Shown here one piece after another: positions 46,893 to 55,720 of a stretch of DNA of 64,000 bases. The translations under genes and the position numbers were made by a program. This DNA comes from an uncultured virus (IMG/VR IMGVR_UViG_3300043411_002804) (taxonomy: Duplodnaviria; Heunggongvirae; Uroviricota; Caudoviricetes). The notes below the pieces were generated by a model that had not been told where the DNA came from, searched no databases, and worked only from the letters and a program-made list of their open reading frames with translations. Within the stretch, counting starts at the first letter, position 1. The number at the start of each line of letters is the position of its first letter. The stretch is taken from the IMG/VR virus record IMGVR_UViG_3300043411_002804; one strand, given 5' to 3'.

Positions 46893-47276
46893 TTACCTTA
46901 GATTCCAGATCGCTTTCAATTTATCCTCTTTACTCAACATTTCAAACCATTCCTCTTGAGAATAATTGACCCCATTAAGAAACCATGCTTTCCCTCCATC
47001 ATAACGCTCAATGGCAGGGCCATCTATCCGATGTAATTTACCATTAAGATACCAAGATTTATCTCCATTAGCAAATTCAACAGCAGGACCATCAACCCGA
47101 TGGAATTTTCCATTAAGGTACCAAGATCTAGATCCCTTACAAAATTCCGCAGCTGGCCCATCATCTCGATGAATATTTCCATTAAAATACCATATTTTAT
47201 CTCCATTGGGATATACCACAATGCCTGTATAATTTTTGGGTAGATTTGACCAATTATTTATTTTTAAAACATTCAT
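46893..47276 (-). CDS. HRxDGPA-repeat family protein (array F)
   Basis: Family signature; ATGA overlap. Confidence 0.85.
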   Translation of the reverse strand: MNVLKINNWSNLPKNYTGIVVYPNGDKIWYFNGNIHRDDGPAAEFCKGSRSWYLNGKFHRVDGPAVEFANGDKSWYLNGKLHRIDGPAIERYDGGKAWFLNGVNYSQEEWFEMLSKEDKLKAIWNLR

Positions 47277-47539
47277 CTTAAATTCCAAATAGCCTTCTCT
47301 TTATCCTCGTCACTCAGCATCTCAAACCATTCTTCTTGAGAATATTTTATTCCATTAAGATACCAAGCTTTAGTTCCATAGATACTTTCAAAGGCAGGTC
47401 CATCTACGCGATGTAATTTGCCTTCAAAATACCATTGCTTAATACTTGCTGACCATTGAATGATGCCTGTGTAATTATAGGGTACATCTTCATTCAAATC
47501 ATCAAAATCTAAATTTATAATCTTTATTTCAGATTCCAT
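47273..47539 (-). CDS. HRxDGPA-repeat family protein (array F)
   Basis: Family signature. Confidence 0.85.
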   Translation of the reverse strand: MESEIKIINLDFDDLNEDVPYNYTGIIQWSASIKQWYFEGKLHRVDGPAFESIYGTKAWYLNGIKYSQEEWFEMLSDEDKEKAIWNLR

Positions 47540-47570
47540 AACTTTCGTTTCTATAATAAATTAAACGGGG

Positions 47571-47786
47571 TTATAATAATATCATTGGAATAAAAAGACC
47601 TTTTTCCGGTACAGCTTCTACTCCATCATCAATATCAAATAAACAATATAATTCATTACAATCTGCATGCTGAATAAACATTCCACAATAACCTTTTTTG
47701 AGGTGCCAAACATTTTGACCTTTTTCTAATACATGCAAAGTTGAATCATATTCAACAAAATTATCTGGCAAATGCATTGTCATCAT
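47571..47786 (-). CDS. hypothetical protein
   Basis: Packed ORF. Confidence 0.55.
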   Translation of the reverse strand: MMTMHLPDNFVEYDSTLHVLEKGQNVWHLKKGYCGMFIQHADCNELYCLFDIDDGVEAVPEKGLFIPMILL

Positions 47787-48126
47787 CCTCTACATCATTA
47801 TCTAACTCTTCTTTTGTTCCTAATGCTACATCAAGATGATGCATTAATAATTTTGGCCCCATTTTAAATTGTTCCATTAAAACATAGGTTGGATCTTTAA
47901 CAACCTTTTCAGCAATAGATTTGTAATCCAAATCTGGAACATTGATTTCTTTAGAGAGATCATCTAGAAAATTAGAAGCTTCAAATTTATATAAGACCCT
48001 ACCTCCAGTCTCTGAGACCTTCAATAAAGCTAAACTAACTTGGCCATCATCTTCCTGTTTAGTAATTGTATCGACGGCCAAACCTAACTTAAGCAAGTGA
48101 ATTATTGTAATTAAATCTTGATTCAT
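47761..48126 (-). CDS. hypothetical protein
   Basis: AAGGAG RBS; ATGA overlap. Confidence 0.7.
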   Translation of the reverse strand: MNQDLITIIHLLKLGLAVDTITKQEDDGQVSLALLKVSETGGRVLYKFEASNFLDDLSKEINVPDLDYKSIAEKVVKDPTYVLMEQFKMGPKLLMHHLDVALGTKEELDNDVEDDDNAFAR

Positions 48127-48443
48127 TTAATCTCCTTAATCATGTTATGATATGGTTTATTCTTGTTATAAGATTCACACGTTTCACAGAAAAATGAGAC
48201 CCATAATGAATTGGAATTCTTAAGACGTTCTGAACTTTCATAAAGAATGATTACCTGCTCTGGCTTCAGTTTTCCTGAACTGAATTCACATGTTACATAT
48301 CCATTTTTTTCAATAAACTCTTTTTCAAGAGAGTTAACCATTTGAACAAAACCATCAAGATTTTCCCAGCATGATTTGTTATATGATAAATCCCAATCAA
48401 AATTGTCAAACCAACAATCATATGGTAGATCAGAATGTATCAT
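48123..48443 (-). CDS. hypothetical protein
   Basis: ATGA-coupled ORF. Confidence 0.65.
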   Translation of the reverse strand: MIHSDLPYDCWFDNFDWDLSYNKSCWENLDGFVQMVNSLEKEFIEKNGYVTCEFSSGKLKPEQVIILYESSERLKNSNSLWVSFFCETCESYNKNKPYHNMIKEIK

Positions 48444-48652
48444 TTAATCATCCTTTGAAAGAATCCCAATATTTTTTTCTCAACTTTGGTGTAGCAATCT
48501 GCGCAAATTTTGATTTCTTCGTAGGTAATTCTAACAGGTTCGCATGGTCCCCTGGATTTTTCCTCAGACAGGGACAAATATGTTAGTGGTCCATTAAAAC
48601 ACGAACCAAAAATTGATCTTTTGCAAATATCACATCCCAATTGATCAGTCAT
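48440..48652 (-). CDS. small zinc-finger-like protein
   Basis: CDIC and CADC pairs. Confidence 0.6.
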   Translation of the reverse strand: MTDQLGCDICKRSIFGSCFNGPLTYLSLSEEKSRGPCEPVRITYEEIKICADCYTKVEKKILGFFQRMIK

Positions 48653-48863
48653 TTATTTTATCCTTATTTATAACAAATTTAGCCATATCAAATGCTTTTC
48701 GCATATCTCCTGGTGCGCTTCCTAATTCCAACCACCAATAAATTCTTCCATCCCAAGATAATTGGTCCAGGTCGTACCATACCATAAAGGGTATATCACA
48801 AAAGACATTATCCATATTCACTCCATATTCACTCTAAACCTTTGGATACAAAAACATAGTGAA

Positions 48864-48935
48864 TAGTCCCAGAGGGAATCGAACCCTCATTTCAAGAGTG
48901 AAAATCTTGCGAACTAGCCATTATTCGATGGGACC
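48864..48935 (-). tRNA. tRNA-Glu(TTC)
   Basis: CAAGA-TTTTCAC-TCTTG; T arm GAGGG-TTCGATT-CCCTC. Confidence 0.88.
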
Positions 48936-48962
48936 ATATTATTTATCTAATGTTCTTGGGTG

Positions 48963-48990
48963 TGAATAACTTGGTATTTTTTTTTAGCAA
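48963..48990 (-). promoter_or_regulatory. conserved phage promoter motif upstream of tRNA-Glu
   Basis: TTGCTA-N16-TATTCA. Confidence 0.55.
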
Positions 48991-49012
48991 ACTAAATTTT
49001 TGATTTCGATGT

Positions 49013-49312
49013 TTAAAACATAATAGCGGATATCATTTGCTGTCTTGTTTTATGCAATCTTATAGATTCAGTGAATGTTGTATGATTGAACATTTTGAGT
49101 AGTTTATCATGTGATAACATAGCACATGATGTATTATAACATTTTCCATAATTTTTTTGTTTTGTACTTAAAACGTAATACATGGAACAAGGATCTTTCA
49201 TAATTAGAGCTTGATCTTTTTTCCATTCAGAATTAGTTTTAAGCCAAATTATTCTTGAGTAAAGCTTATAAGATTCGATATAATTCCATGGCATTATGAT
49301 TTTTATATACAT
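49013..49312 (-). CDS. hypothetical protein
   Basis: GGGGAG RBS. Confidence 0.6.
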   Translation of the reverse strand: MYIKIIMPWNYIESYKLYSRIIWLKTNSEWKKDQALIMKDPCSMYYVLSTKQKNYGKCYNTSCAMLSHDKLLKMFNHTTFTESIRLHKTRQQMISAIMF

Positions 49313-49332
49313 GCTCTCCCCTAGAAAAATAA

Positions 49333-49698
49333 TTACTTTTTAATTATCAACTCCAATTCCTTACGCAAAACAATAGCATTTCCCGTAACAGAGATTGGAT
49401 AATCTCCCCACATAGATCGCGTCAAATGAGTTGGGTTAAAACTATTTTTCATTGTTCCAAACGGCAATCTATCTAATAAAACAGCATAAACTGAAATGCA
49501 ACTAACTCGTCGCCAAGTATATATTATACTAGCCCATTGTTTTGCTTCCCACATTGTAGGGGATACATAACACGTTTCGCTAAATGTTTCGCTAAATCCA
49601 AATTCAGAATATTCTGGTTTTTTATATAGAAAAGAATATGGTTGAATATTTCTATCCGATGCATGATAAGTAATATACCCATTTAAATCCAAACTCAT
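49333..49698 (-). CDS. hypothetical, possible ADP-ribosyltransferase-like fold
   Basis: TYHAS..CYVS....A..WA..VYAV pattern; weak. Confidence 0.45.
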   Translation of the reverse strand: MSLDLNGYITYHASDRNIQPYSFLYKKPEYSEFGFSETFSETCYVSPTMWEAKQWASIIYTWRRVSCISVYAVLLDRLPFGTMKNSFNPTHLTRSMWGDYPISVTGNAIVLRKELELIIKK

Positions 49699-50405
49699 TT
49701 CAATTCACTCTCCTGTTTATTAATGATGCTGCAAAAAAACATACTATCGTAACCTTGACTTTTTTCAATTGCTGTGGACGCCTTTACTTTTAAAATTGTT
49801 GCCAAAAAATCATGCTGAGTAAATATACTACGAAGGATATTCTCATTTAGTTGCAAGCAATCTATCGATACACCACCACACTTCCATGTTGGTGTGTTAG
49901 CTAAAGTTATTAGAATCAATTTTCCATTTGTGACTAATACTCTTTTTGCCTCCGAAAGGGCAAATTCAAACTCTTTCATTGAAGAAAGACAATCCATCCC
50001 AAATACTGATGTTACTAAATCAATTGAGTTGTCTTGAATCGGCCACCTTTCAGATAAATTTGATCTAACAATCTCTAGATTGTCAAAAAAATTTAAATCA
50101 AGTCCTGCTACGTATTTAAAAATTGGAAGGTATCTAGTTGATATTTCATGACGTTTTATTTTATCTAATTCTTGTTTTACAAAAAAAACACTATCTTCTT
50201 TTATATCAAGACCAATTATTTTTTTGGCTGATGGATGAAACATGGACCAATAAATAAAACTTGGTCCACATCCAACATCAAGTATTGTTGCCCCGGGTAA
50301 AGTTTCAGACAAAATATAATTACCTATTGTTCGATTTTCCTCAGAGAATGAACCATAATATTCGTCCAAATAAGATGTCAAATATTCTAATTCCAACGGA
50401 GACAT
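49695..50405 (-). CDS. class I SAM-dependent methyltransferase (NNMT/PNMT-like)
   Basis: YLDEYY, ILDVGCGP, GLD, DLVTSVFGMD, RVL..GKL. Confidence 0.75.
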   Translation of the reverse strand: MSPLELEYLTSYLDEYYGSFSEENRTIGNYILSETLPGATILDVGCGPSFIYWSMFHPSAKKIIGLDIKEDSVFFVKQELDKIKRHEISTRYLPIFKYVAGLDLNFFDNLEIVRSNLSERWPIQDNSIDLVTSVFGMDCLSSMKEFEFALSEAKRVLVTNGKLILITLANTPTWKCGGVSIDCLQLNENILRSIFTQHDFLATILKVKASTAIEKSQGYDSMFFCSIINKQESELK

Positions 50406-50421
50406 TTTTAAGTTCCTTTTT

Positions 50422-50739
50422 TTATTTTAGATTCCAGATTGCTTCTAATTTATCTTCTTCACTCAATTTCTCAAACCATTCCTCTTGAGAGTCGTATTCA
50501 ATATCATTAAGAAACCAATATTTCTTCCCATCAAAAGATTCAATAGCAGGACCATCTATGCGATGAAGTTTATCATTAAAATACCATTCTTTATATCCAT
50601 TTGGATATTCCATAGCAGGACCATCTAATCGATGCCTTAGGCGATTAAGATACCAAACTTTATCTCCATTAGCAAATTCAACAATGCCTGTATAATTTTC
50701 TGGTATATCTTTCCAATTATTTATTTTTAAAACATTCAT
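50422..50739 (-). CDS. HRxDGPA-repeat family protein (array G)
   Basis: Family signature. Confidence 0.85.
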   Translation of the reverse strand: MNVLKINNWKDIPENYTGIVEFANGDKVWYLNRLRHRLDGPAMEYPNGYKEWYFNDKLHRIDGPAIESFDGKKYWFLNDIEYDSQEEWFEKLSEEDKLEAIWNLK

Positions 50740-50981
50740 CTTAGATTCCAGATGGCATTTAATTTATCTTCTTCACTCAATAATTCAAACCATTCCTCTT
50801 GAGAATAATTAAATCCATTAAGAAACCAATATTTATCCCCATTTTTATATTCAATAGCAGGACCATCTAACCTATGTCTTTGGCCATTAAGATACCAAAT
50901 TTTTATTCCATTAGGATGCTCAACAATGCCTGTATAATTTTCTGGTATATCTCCCCAAATATTTATTTTCAAAACATTCAT
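50736..50981 (-). CDS. HRxDGPA-repeat family protein (array G)
   Basis: Family signature; ATGA overlap. Confidence 0.85.
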   Translation of the reverse strand: MNVLKINIWGDIPENYTGIVEHPNGIKIWYLNGQRHRLDGPAIEYKNGDKYWFLNGFNYSQEEWFELLSEEDKLNAIWNLR

Positions 50982-51292
50982 CTTAAATTCCAAATGGCAT
51001 TTAATTTATCCTCTTCACTCAATTTCTCAAACCATTCTTCTTGAGAATGTTTTTTATCATTAAGCCACCATTCTTTATGCCCATCAAGATAATCTATTGC
51101 AGGTCCGTCTACTCGATGTAACTTGTCGTTGGAATACCATACTTTTTGTCCATTATTATTTTCAATGGCAGGACCATCTTCCCTATGGTATTTACCATTA
51201 AGATACCAAATTTTTATTCCATTAGGATGCTCAACAATGCCTGTATAATTTTCTGGTATATCTCCCCAAATATTTATTTTCAAAACATTCAT
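50978..51292 (-). CDS. HRxDGPA-repeat family protein (array G)
   Basis: Family signature; N-terminus identical to the 50736 copy. Confidence 0.85.
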   Translation of the reverse strand: MNVLKINIWGDIPENYTGIVEHPNGIKIWYLNGKYHREDGPAIENNNGQKVWYSNDKLHRVDGPAIDYLDGHKEWWLNDKKHSQEEWFEKLSEEDKLNAIWNLR

Positions 51293-51310
51293 CTTAGATT
51301 CCATATTTTG

Positions 51311-51601
51311 CTACCATTTTATCTTCACCAACTGCTCAAACCATTCCTCTTGAGAGTATTCAATACCCTTAAGATACCAAGCTTTAGAACCATTAAAAGA
51401 TTCTATAGCGGGTCCATTGACTCGATGCCTTTGACCATTAAGCCACCATTCTTTGTACCCACCCAAATATTCAAGAGCAGGACCATCAACCCGATGACAT
51501 AGACCATTAAGATACCAAACTTTAGTTCCATTAGGATATTCAGTAATACCCGTATAATTTTCTGGTATTTCTGAATGCCGTCTTACTTTTAATATATTCA
51601 T
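51311..51601 (-). CDS. HRxDGPA-repeat family protein (array G) with frameshifted C-terminal tag
   Basis: Ends EEWFEQLVKIKW*; the WNLR* codons persist downstream of the early stop. Confidence 0.75.
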   Translation of the reverse strand: MNILKVRRHSEIPENYTGITEYPNGTKVWYLNGLCHRVDGPALEYLGGYKEWWLNGQRHRVNGPAIESFNGSKAWYLKGIEYSQEEWFEQLVKIKW

Positions 51602-51843
51602 CTTAGATTCCATATTGCTTTCTCTTTATCCTCTTCACTCAATCGCTCAAACCATTCCTCTTGAGGATAATAGACATCATTAAGATACCAATACTTGGTT
51701 CCACTTGGATATTCAATAGCAGGTCCATCTAATCGATGTGTTTTGCCATTAAGATACCAAACTTTAGTTCCATTAGAATATTCCACAATGCCTGTATAGT
51801 TTTCTGGTATTTCTGACGTATATTTTATTTTTATAATATTCAT
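51598..51843 (-). CDS. HRxDGPA-repeat family protein (array G)
   Basis: Family signature; ATGA overlap. Confidence 0.85.
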   Translation of the reverse strand: MNIIKIKYTSEIPENYTGIVEYSNGTKVWYLNGKTHRLDGPAIEYPSGTKYWYLNDVYYPQEEWFERLSEEDKEKAIWNLR

Positions 51844-52154
51844 CTTAAATTCCAAATGGCATTTAATTTATCCTCTTCACTCAATAATTCAAACCACTCT
51901 TCTTGAGAATAATTAATCCCATTAAGATACCATTTCTTATGTCCGTTAGAAAATTCAACAGCAGGCCCACCAACCCGGTGGCGCTTGTTATTAAGATACC
52001 AAACTTTATTCCCATTATAATATTCAATAGCAGGACCATCTAATCGATGAAATTTGCCATTAAGATACCAAGATTTATCTCCATTAGAATGTTCCACAAT
52101 GCCTGTATATTTTTCTGGTATTTCTGAATACCGTCTTACTTTTAATATGTTCAT
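51840..52154 (-). CDS. HRxDGPA-repeat family protein (array G)
   Basis: Family signature; ATGA overlap. Confidence 0.85.
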   Translation of the reverse strand: MNILKVRRYSEIPEKYTGIVEHSNGDKSWYLNGKFHRLDGPAIEYYNGNKVWYLNNKRHRVGGPAVEFSNGHKKWYLNGINYSQEEWFELLSEEDKLNAIWNLR

Positions 52155-52465
52155 CTTAAATTCCAAATGGCATTTAATTTATCTTCTTCACTCAATAATT
52201 CAAACCACTCTTCTTGAGAATAATTAATCCCATTAAGATACCATGCCTTATGTCCGTTACTATCTTCAATAGCGGGACCATCCTCTCGATGTTTTTTACC
52301 ATTAAACCACCATTCTTTAGATCCATTTTTAAATTCAATAGCGGGTCCATCTAATCGATGCCTTTGACCATTAAGGTACCAATATTTAGACCCAGTGTGT
52401 AATTCAGCAATGCCTGTATAATTATGTGGTACATTATAACACACATCTACCTTTAGAACATTCAT
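52151..52465 (-). CDS. HRxDGPA-repeat family protein (array G)
   Basis: Family signature; ATGA overlap. Confidence 0.85.
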   Translation of the reverse strand: MNVLKVDVCYNVPHNYTGIAELHTGSKYWYLNGQRHRLDGPAIEFKNGSKEWWFNGKKHREDGPAIEDSNGHKAWYLNGINYSQEEWFELLSEEDKLNAIWNLR

Positions 52466-52803
52466 CTTAAATTCCAGATCGCTTCTAATTTATCCTCATC
52501 ACTCAATTTCTCAAACCATACCTCTTGAGAATAATTAACCCCATTAAGATACCATTCATAATCACTATACACATGGTTGCCATCGTCATCATAATAACAA
52601 TATTCGGATGCGGGACCGTCAACCCGATGTCTTTGGCCATTAAGATACCAATGTTTGTCTCCATCAAAATTTTCAATGGCAGGACCATCTACTCTATGTC
52701 TTAAACCACTAGACAAATATTCTTTATTCCCATTGTGATGCTCAACAATGCCTGTATGGCTTTCTGGTATGTCACTCCAACCATTTAATTTTAAAGTATT
52801 CAT
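52462..52803 (-). CDS. HRxDGPA-repeat family protein (array G)
   Basis: Family signature with an extended loop (YYDDDGNHVYSD). Confidence 0.85.
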   Translation of the reverse strand: MNTLKLNGWSDIPESHTGIVEHHNGNKEYLSSGLRHRVDGPAIENFDGDKHWYLNGQRHRVDGPASEYCYYDDDGNHVYSDYEWYLNGVNYSQEVWFEKLSDEDKLEAIWNLR

Positions 52804-53183
52804 CTTAGGTTCCATATCATCTCTAATTTGTTTTCCTCACTCAACATCTCAAACCACTCTTCTTGAGAAGAATGCTTCCCATTAAGATACCATTGTTTAT
52901 CGCCATTTGGATATTCAATGGCAGGCCCATCCTCTCGATGTAGTTTCCCATTAACCCACCAGGCTTTATATCCATTCGGATATTCAACGGCAGGTCCATC
53001 TACGCGATGTAGTTTGCCTTCAAAATACCAACATTTATCTCCATTAAAATATTCAATAGCAGGCCCATCTAACCTATGGCATAAGCCATTAAGATACCAG
53101 TATTTATCTCCAAATGGAGATTCAGTAATACCTGTATACTTTCTTGGTATATCATTCCCATTATTTATTTTTAAAACATTCAT
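52800..53183 (-). CDS. HRxDGPA-repeat family protein (array G)
   Basis: Family signature; ATGA overlap. Confidence 0.85.
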   Translation of the reverse strand: MNVLKINNGNDIPRKYTGITESPFGDKYWYLNGLCHRLDGPAIEYFNGDKCWYFEGKLHRVDGPAVEYPNGYKAWWVNGKLHREDGPAIEYPNGDKQWYLNGKHSSQEEWFEMLSEENKLEMIWNLR

Positions 53184-53566
53184 CTTAAATTCCATATCAT
53201 CTCTAATTTGTTTTCCTCACTCAACATCTCAAACCACTCTTCTTGAGAGTATTCTTTATCATTTAAAAACCATTCATTTAAATGAGAACTTTCATCGTGG
53301 TATTCAATTGCTGGACCATTCACTCTATGTAACTTGCCATTAATATACCATTCATCTCTATCTAATAATTCGGAAGCAGGTCCATTTACTCGATGTAATT
53401 TTCCATTAAAATACCATTGCTTATTACCTTCGTCATCTTCATAAGCAGGACCATCTTCCCGATGTAATATACCATTATTATAATGTTCAATAAACCCCAA
53501 ACCTCTAAAATTAACAAAACCTGTATAATTCTCAGGCAATTCAGATCTATAATTTATTCTCAACAT
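53180..53566 (-). CDS. HRxDGPA-repeat family protein (array G, divergent)
   Basis: Family signature. Confidence 0.85.
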   Translation of the reverse strand: MLRINYRSELPENYTGFVNFRGLGFIEHYNNGILHREDGPAYEDDEGNKQWYFNGKLHRVNGPASELLDRDEWYINGKLHRVNGPAIEYHDESSHLNEWFLNDKEYSQEEWFEMLSEENKLEMIWNLR

Positions 53567-54255
53567 CTATGTACAAACCAAACATTGGGTTCTTCATAAA
53601 TTCCTCTATTATCAATTATCTGTATTGGAGCCAAAGCGCCTGGAACAACAAAGTGTTCACCAACGTAATGTCCTCCCCAAGCTTCCCAAAACCCAATTGG
53701 TTTATCAATAACAACTGATTTCATGGAAATATAACTCATTATGCCACCCATATTTAAATGGCTATTAATCCATGGATCTATTCCTAAACTAATATATTCA
53801 ACGATGTTTTTATCTAAATACTTTGACTTCGATGTTGGTCTAACAGGAAAAACTAACCTTTTAATATTATACTCTAAAGCTTTTTCCTTTAGAGCATTAA
53901 CAAGTAATTTAGCATATCCCTTGCCCCTATATTTTGGAGCTATTGACATACTTAGACCACATAGCATATTTGCTTTCTTTACATCAACTGAATTTTGTAA
54001 GGCCCAATCCCAACCACCAGAGTCGGAAATATATTCTGCTATAGGCGTTGATGTTAACGCACCAACAACCTGATCCCTTTCATCCAACAAACAGAGTTGG
54101 ATTTCAACATTTTTGTTAATAACATCATCATAAATAGAATGAACTTTTCCTGCATATAAAAATCCAATCGATGACCAACACGCAAACTCTAACTCTTCTG
54201 CTAGTGTTTTTATTTCATTAGATTCTCTAGTTATAATTCTCACGTCCAACACCAC
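53560..54255 (-). CDS. GNAT-family N-acetyltransferase-like protein
   Basis: SIAPKYRGKGYAK, PVRPT.K..Y, DPWI..H...GG, Y.EPNVW..H. Confidence 0.75.
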   Translation of the reverse strand: MVLDVRIITRESNEIKTLAEELEFACWSSIGFLYAGKVHSIYDDVINKNVEIQLCLLDERDQVVGALTSTPIAEYISDSGGWDWALQNSVDVKKANMLCGLSMSIAPKYRGKGYAKLLVNALKEKALEYNIKRLVFPVRPTSKSKYLDKNIVEYISLGIDPWINSHLNMGGIMSYISMKSVVIDKPIGFWEAWGGHYVGEHFVVPGALAPIQIIDNRGIYEEPNVWFVHRC

Positions 54256-54647
54256 GTCTTTTCGATCTCATCTCTATAAAGCAATTCTTTATCAATTAAC
54301 CATGCTAAAAGATCTTCTTCTTTAGGCGGAATTTCTTCTAGCATTCTAAGTGGTATCGCTGTTCCAAAAATAGGATCTTCGTCCCAATCATATTCGTTAA
54401 ATAAATATGTGTTGCCAAACTTATTTCTTCGAATAGTATAACAAAGTACATCATTGTTATGTCCCAAACTTTCAGTGGTAGCAATACCAACACCACCATT
54501 TCTAGCATGTATAATGTATGCTCTTCCAAGTATTATTTCTTGTTTTGAAATTCTTTTGGGCAGTAAATTCTTTTCTTGAAAAAGCATGATTTTTATCCTT
54601 AAAACAAAAGGCAGCAAACCTAAATGTTCGCTGCCTAAAAAAAACAT
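54240..54647 (-). CDS. hypothetical protein
   Basis: Likely start MLFQEK. Confidence 0.6.
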   Translation of the reverse strand: MFFLGSEHLGLLPFVLRIKIMLFQEKNLLPKRISKQEIILGRAYIIHARNGGVGIATTESLGHNNDVLCYTIRRNKFGNTYLFNEYDWDEDPIFGTAIPLRMLEEIPPKEEDLLAWLIDKELLYRDEIEKTWCWT

Positions 54648-55012
54648 TAATTACGAATTGTAAGGCTTGAAAATTCCCAAGACAACTCAAAAGCTTTATC
54701 AAAGTCAAGGTCAGTCATTGCGAAGAAATATTTTGGTTCTGCAACAACCTGTGCGACAATATTTGTGATTGGGAAACACATTGTCGTTTTGTAAAACACA
54801 TCTTGTGCAATTTCGGCGTCAACATCTGTAAGAAATATAATTCTAAGCGTATCCCTTTCGATAGGACCAATTGATAGTATAATATCATTACGTGAAATAT
54901 TCAGTTCTGATGCCAGAATTTCTCTTATTGAATCTTTCATAATTAGGTCCTCAGGATTACTTTCAAAGTTTGATTGCGTCAATTTGATTAGCAACATCAA
55001 TTTGATTAGCAA
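54647..55012 (-). CDS. hypothetical protein
   Basis: Likely start MKDSIR after GAGGA. Confidence 0.55.
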   Translation of the reverse strand: MLIKLMLLIKLTQSNFESNPEDLIMKDSIREILASELNISRNDIILSIGPIERDTLRIIFLTDVDAEIAQDVFYKTTMCFPITNIVAQVVAEPKYFFAMTDLDFDKAFELSWEFSSLTIRN

Positions 55013-55355
55013 GATCCTTTGCGTCGTAGAAAGTTACAAACGTTTTATATTCACTATTCTTCGGACTCCAAAAAGCAAAGATATTGCCCTGAGCTTCTAC
55101 GGCACAACGACGGAATTTAATTGAACGAAAATCTAGAATTGCTGAAGCTAACGCCAACATTTCCGATAAACTTCCCTCAATGTCTGATTCAGGTGATAAA
55201 CGAGAAGATTTCATGAGTCGACTTGAATTATAATCATCACCATCATCAATGGCTGTTATATTTTCAATCCAGGTACGATTATCGTGATCGTTACGCTCAA
55301 TTACATACCAATCATCATCACATTTTCGTAATTTTAACTTCATTACGGACTCCAT
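54963..55355 (-). CDS. hypothetical protein
   Basis: Packed ORF. Confidence 0.6.
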   Translation of the reverse strand: MESVMKLKLRKCDDDWYVIERNDHDNRTWIENITAIDDGDDYNSSRLMKSSRLSPESDIEGSLSEMLALASAILDFRSIKFRRCAVEAQGNIFAFWSPKNSEYKTFVTFYDAKDLANQIDVANQIDAIKL

Positions 55356-55720
55356 TATCCCTTAAAGTTCATAGTCTTAAAATCTCCGTTCCAATCAGAG
55401 TAAGTTACCTTACTTACGCCGGCGCGACGCAGGAACCTTTGACAATGTTCACAAGGCTTACTCATACTACGTCGCCCATCCTTTTCCCACCTAATCACAA
55501 TTAGTTCATCACCAGGTCTAGCAAACCTGATAACGCTCATTTCAGCATGAAGACAATATCCCATGTGTCCCGTTCGATACCTACGAGGAAACTTAGGATG
55601 AGTCTTATTGGAATTAGAATCCATCTTGATTAGGCCCTTACCTCGAAAAAGCAATGCCGCAAGATGAAAATCTTGATTATTCGACTTTGCCTTTTCTTGG
55701 GCCCTAGTGTAGAGGGGAAT
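55355..55720 (-). CDS. zinc-dependent cytidine/dCMP deaminase-like protein
   Basis: LHAE and SKPCEHC..I/V..V.YS; frame stays open upstream to ATT 55720. Confidence 0.8.
   Translation of the reverse strand: MPLYTRAQEKAKSNNQDFHLAALLFRGKGLIKMDSNSNKTHPKFPRRYRTGHMGYCLHAEMSVIRFARPGDELIVIRWEKDGRRSMSKPCEHCQRFLRRAGVSKVTYSDWNGDFKTMNFKG

Noticed and set aside
9319..53343. Recurrent antisense or off-frame ORFs over the arrays (SIAGPS.., MGLLLN..) and MEFK/MESK N-terminal extensions
   Set aside because: These are shadows of the repeated coding sequence; MEFK/MESK is the upstream gene's WNLR read in another frame.
62..53566. Diversity-generating retroelement behind the paralogue variation
   Set aside because: No reverse transcriptase in the window. 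In the pair I compared (62-460 vs 9164-9559) the differences are not restricted to adenines. An RT elsewhere in the genome cannot be excluded.
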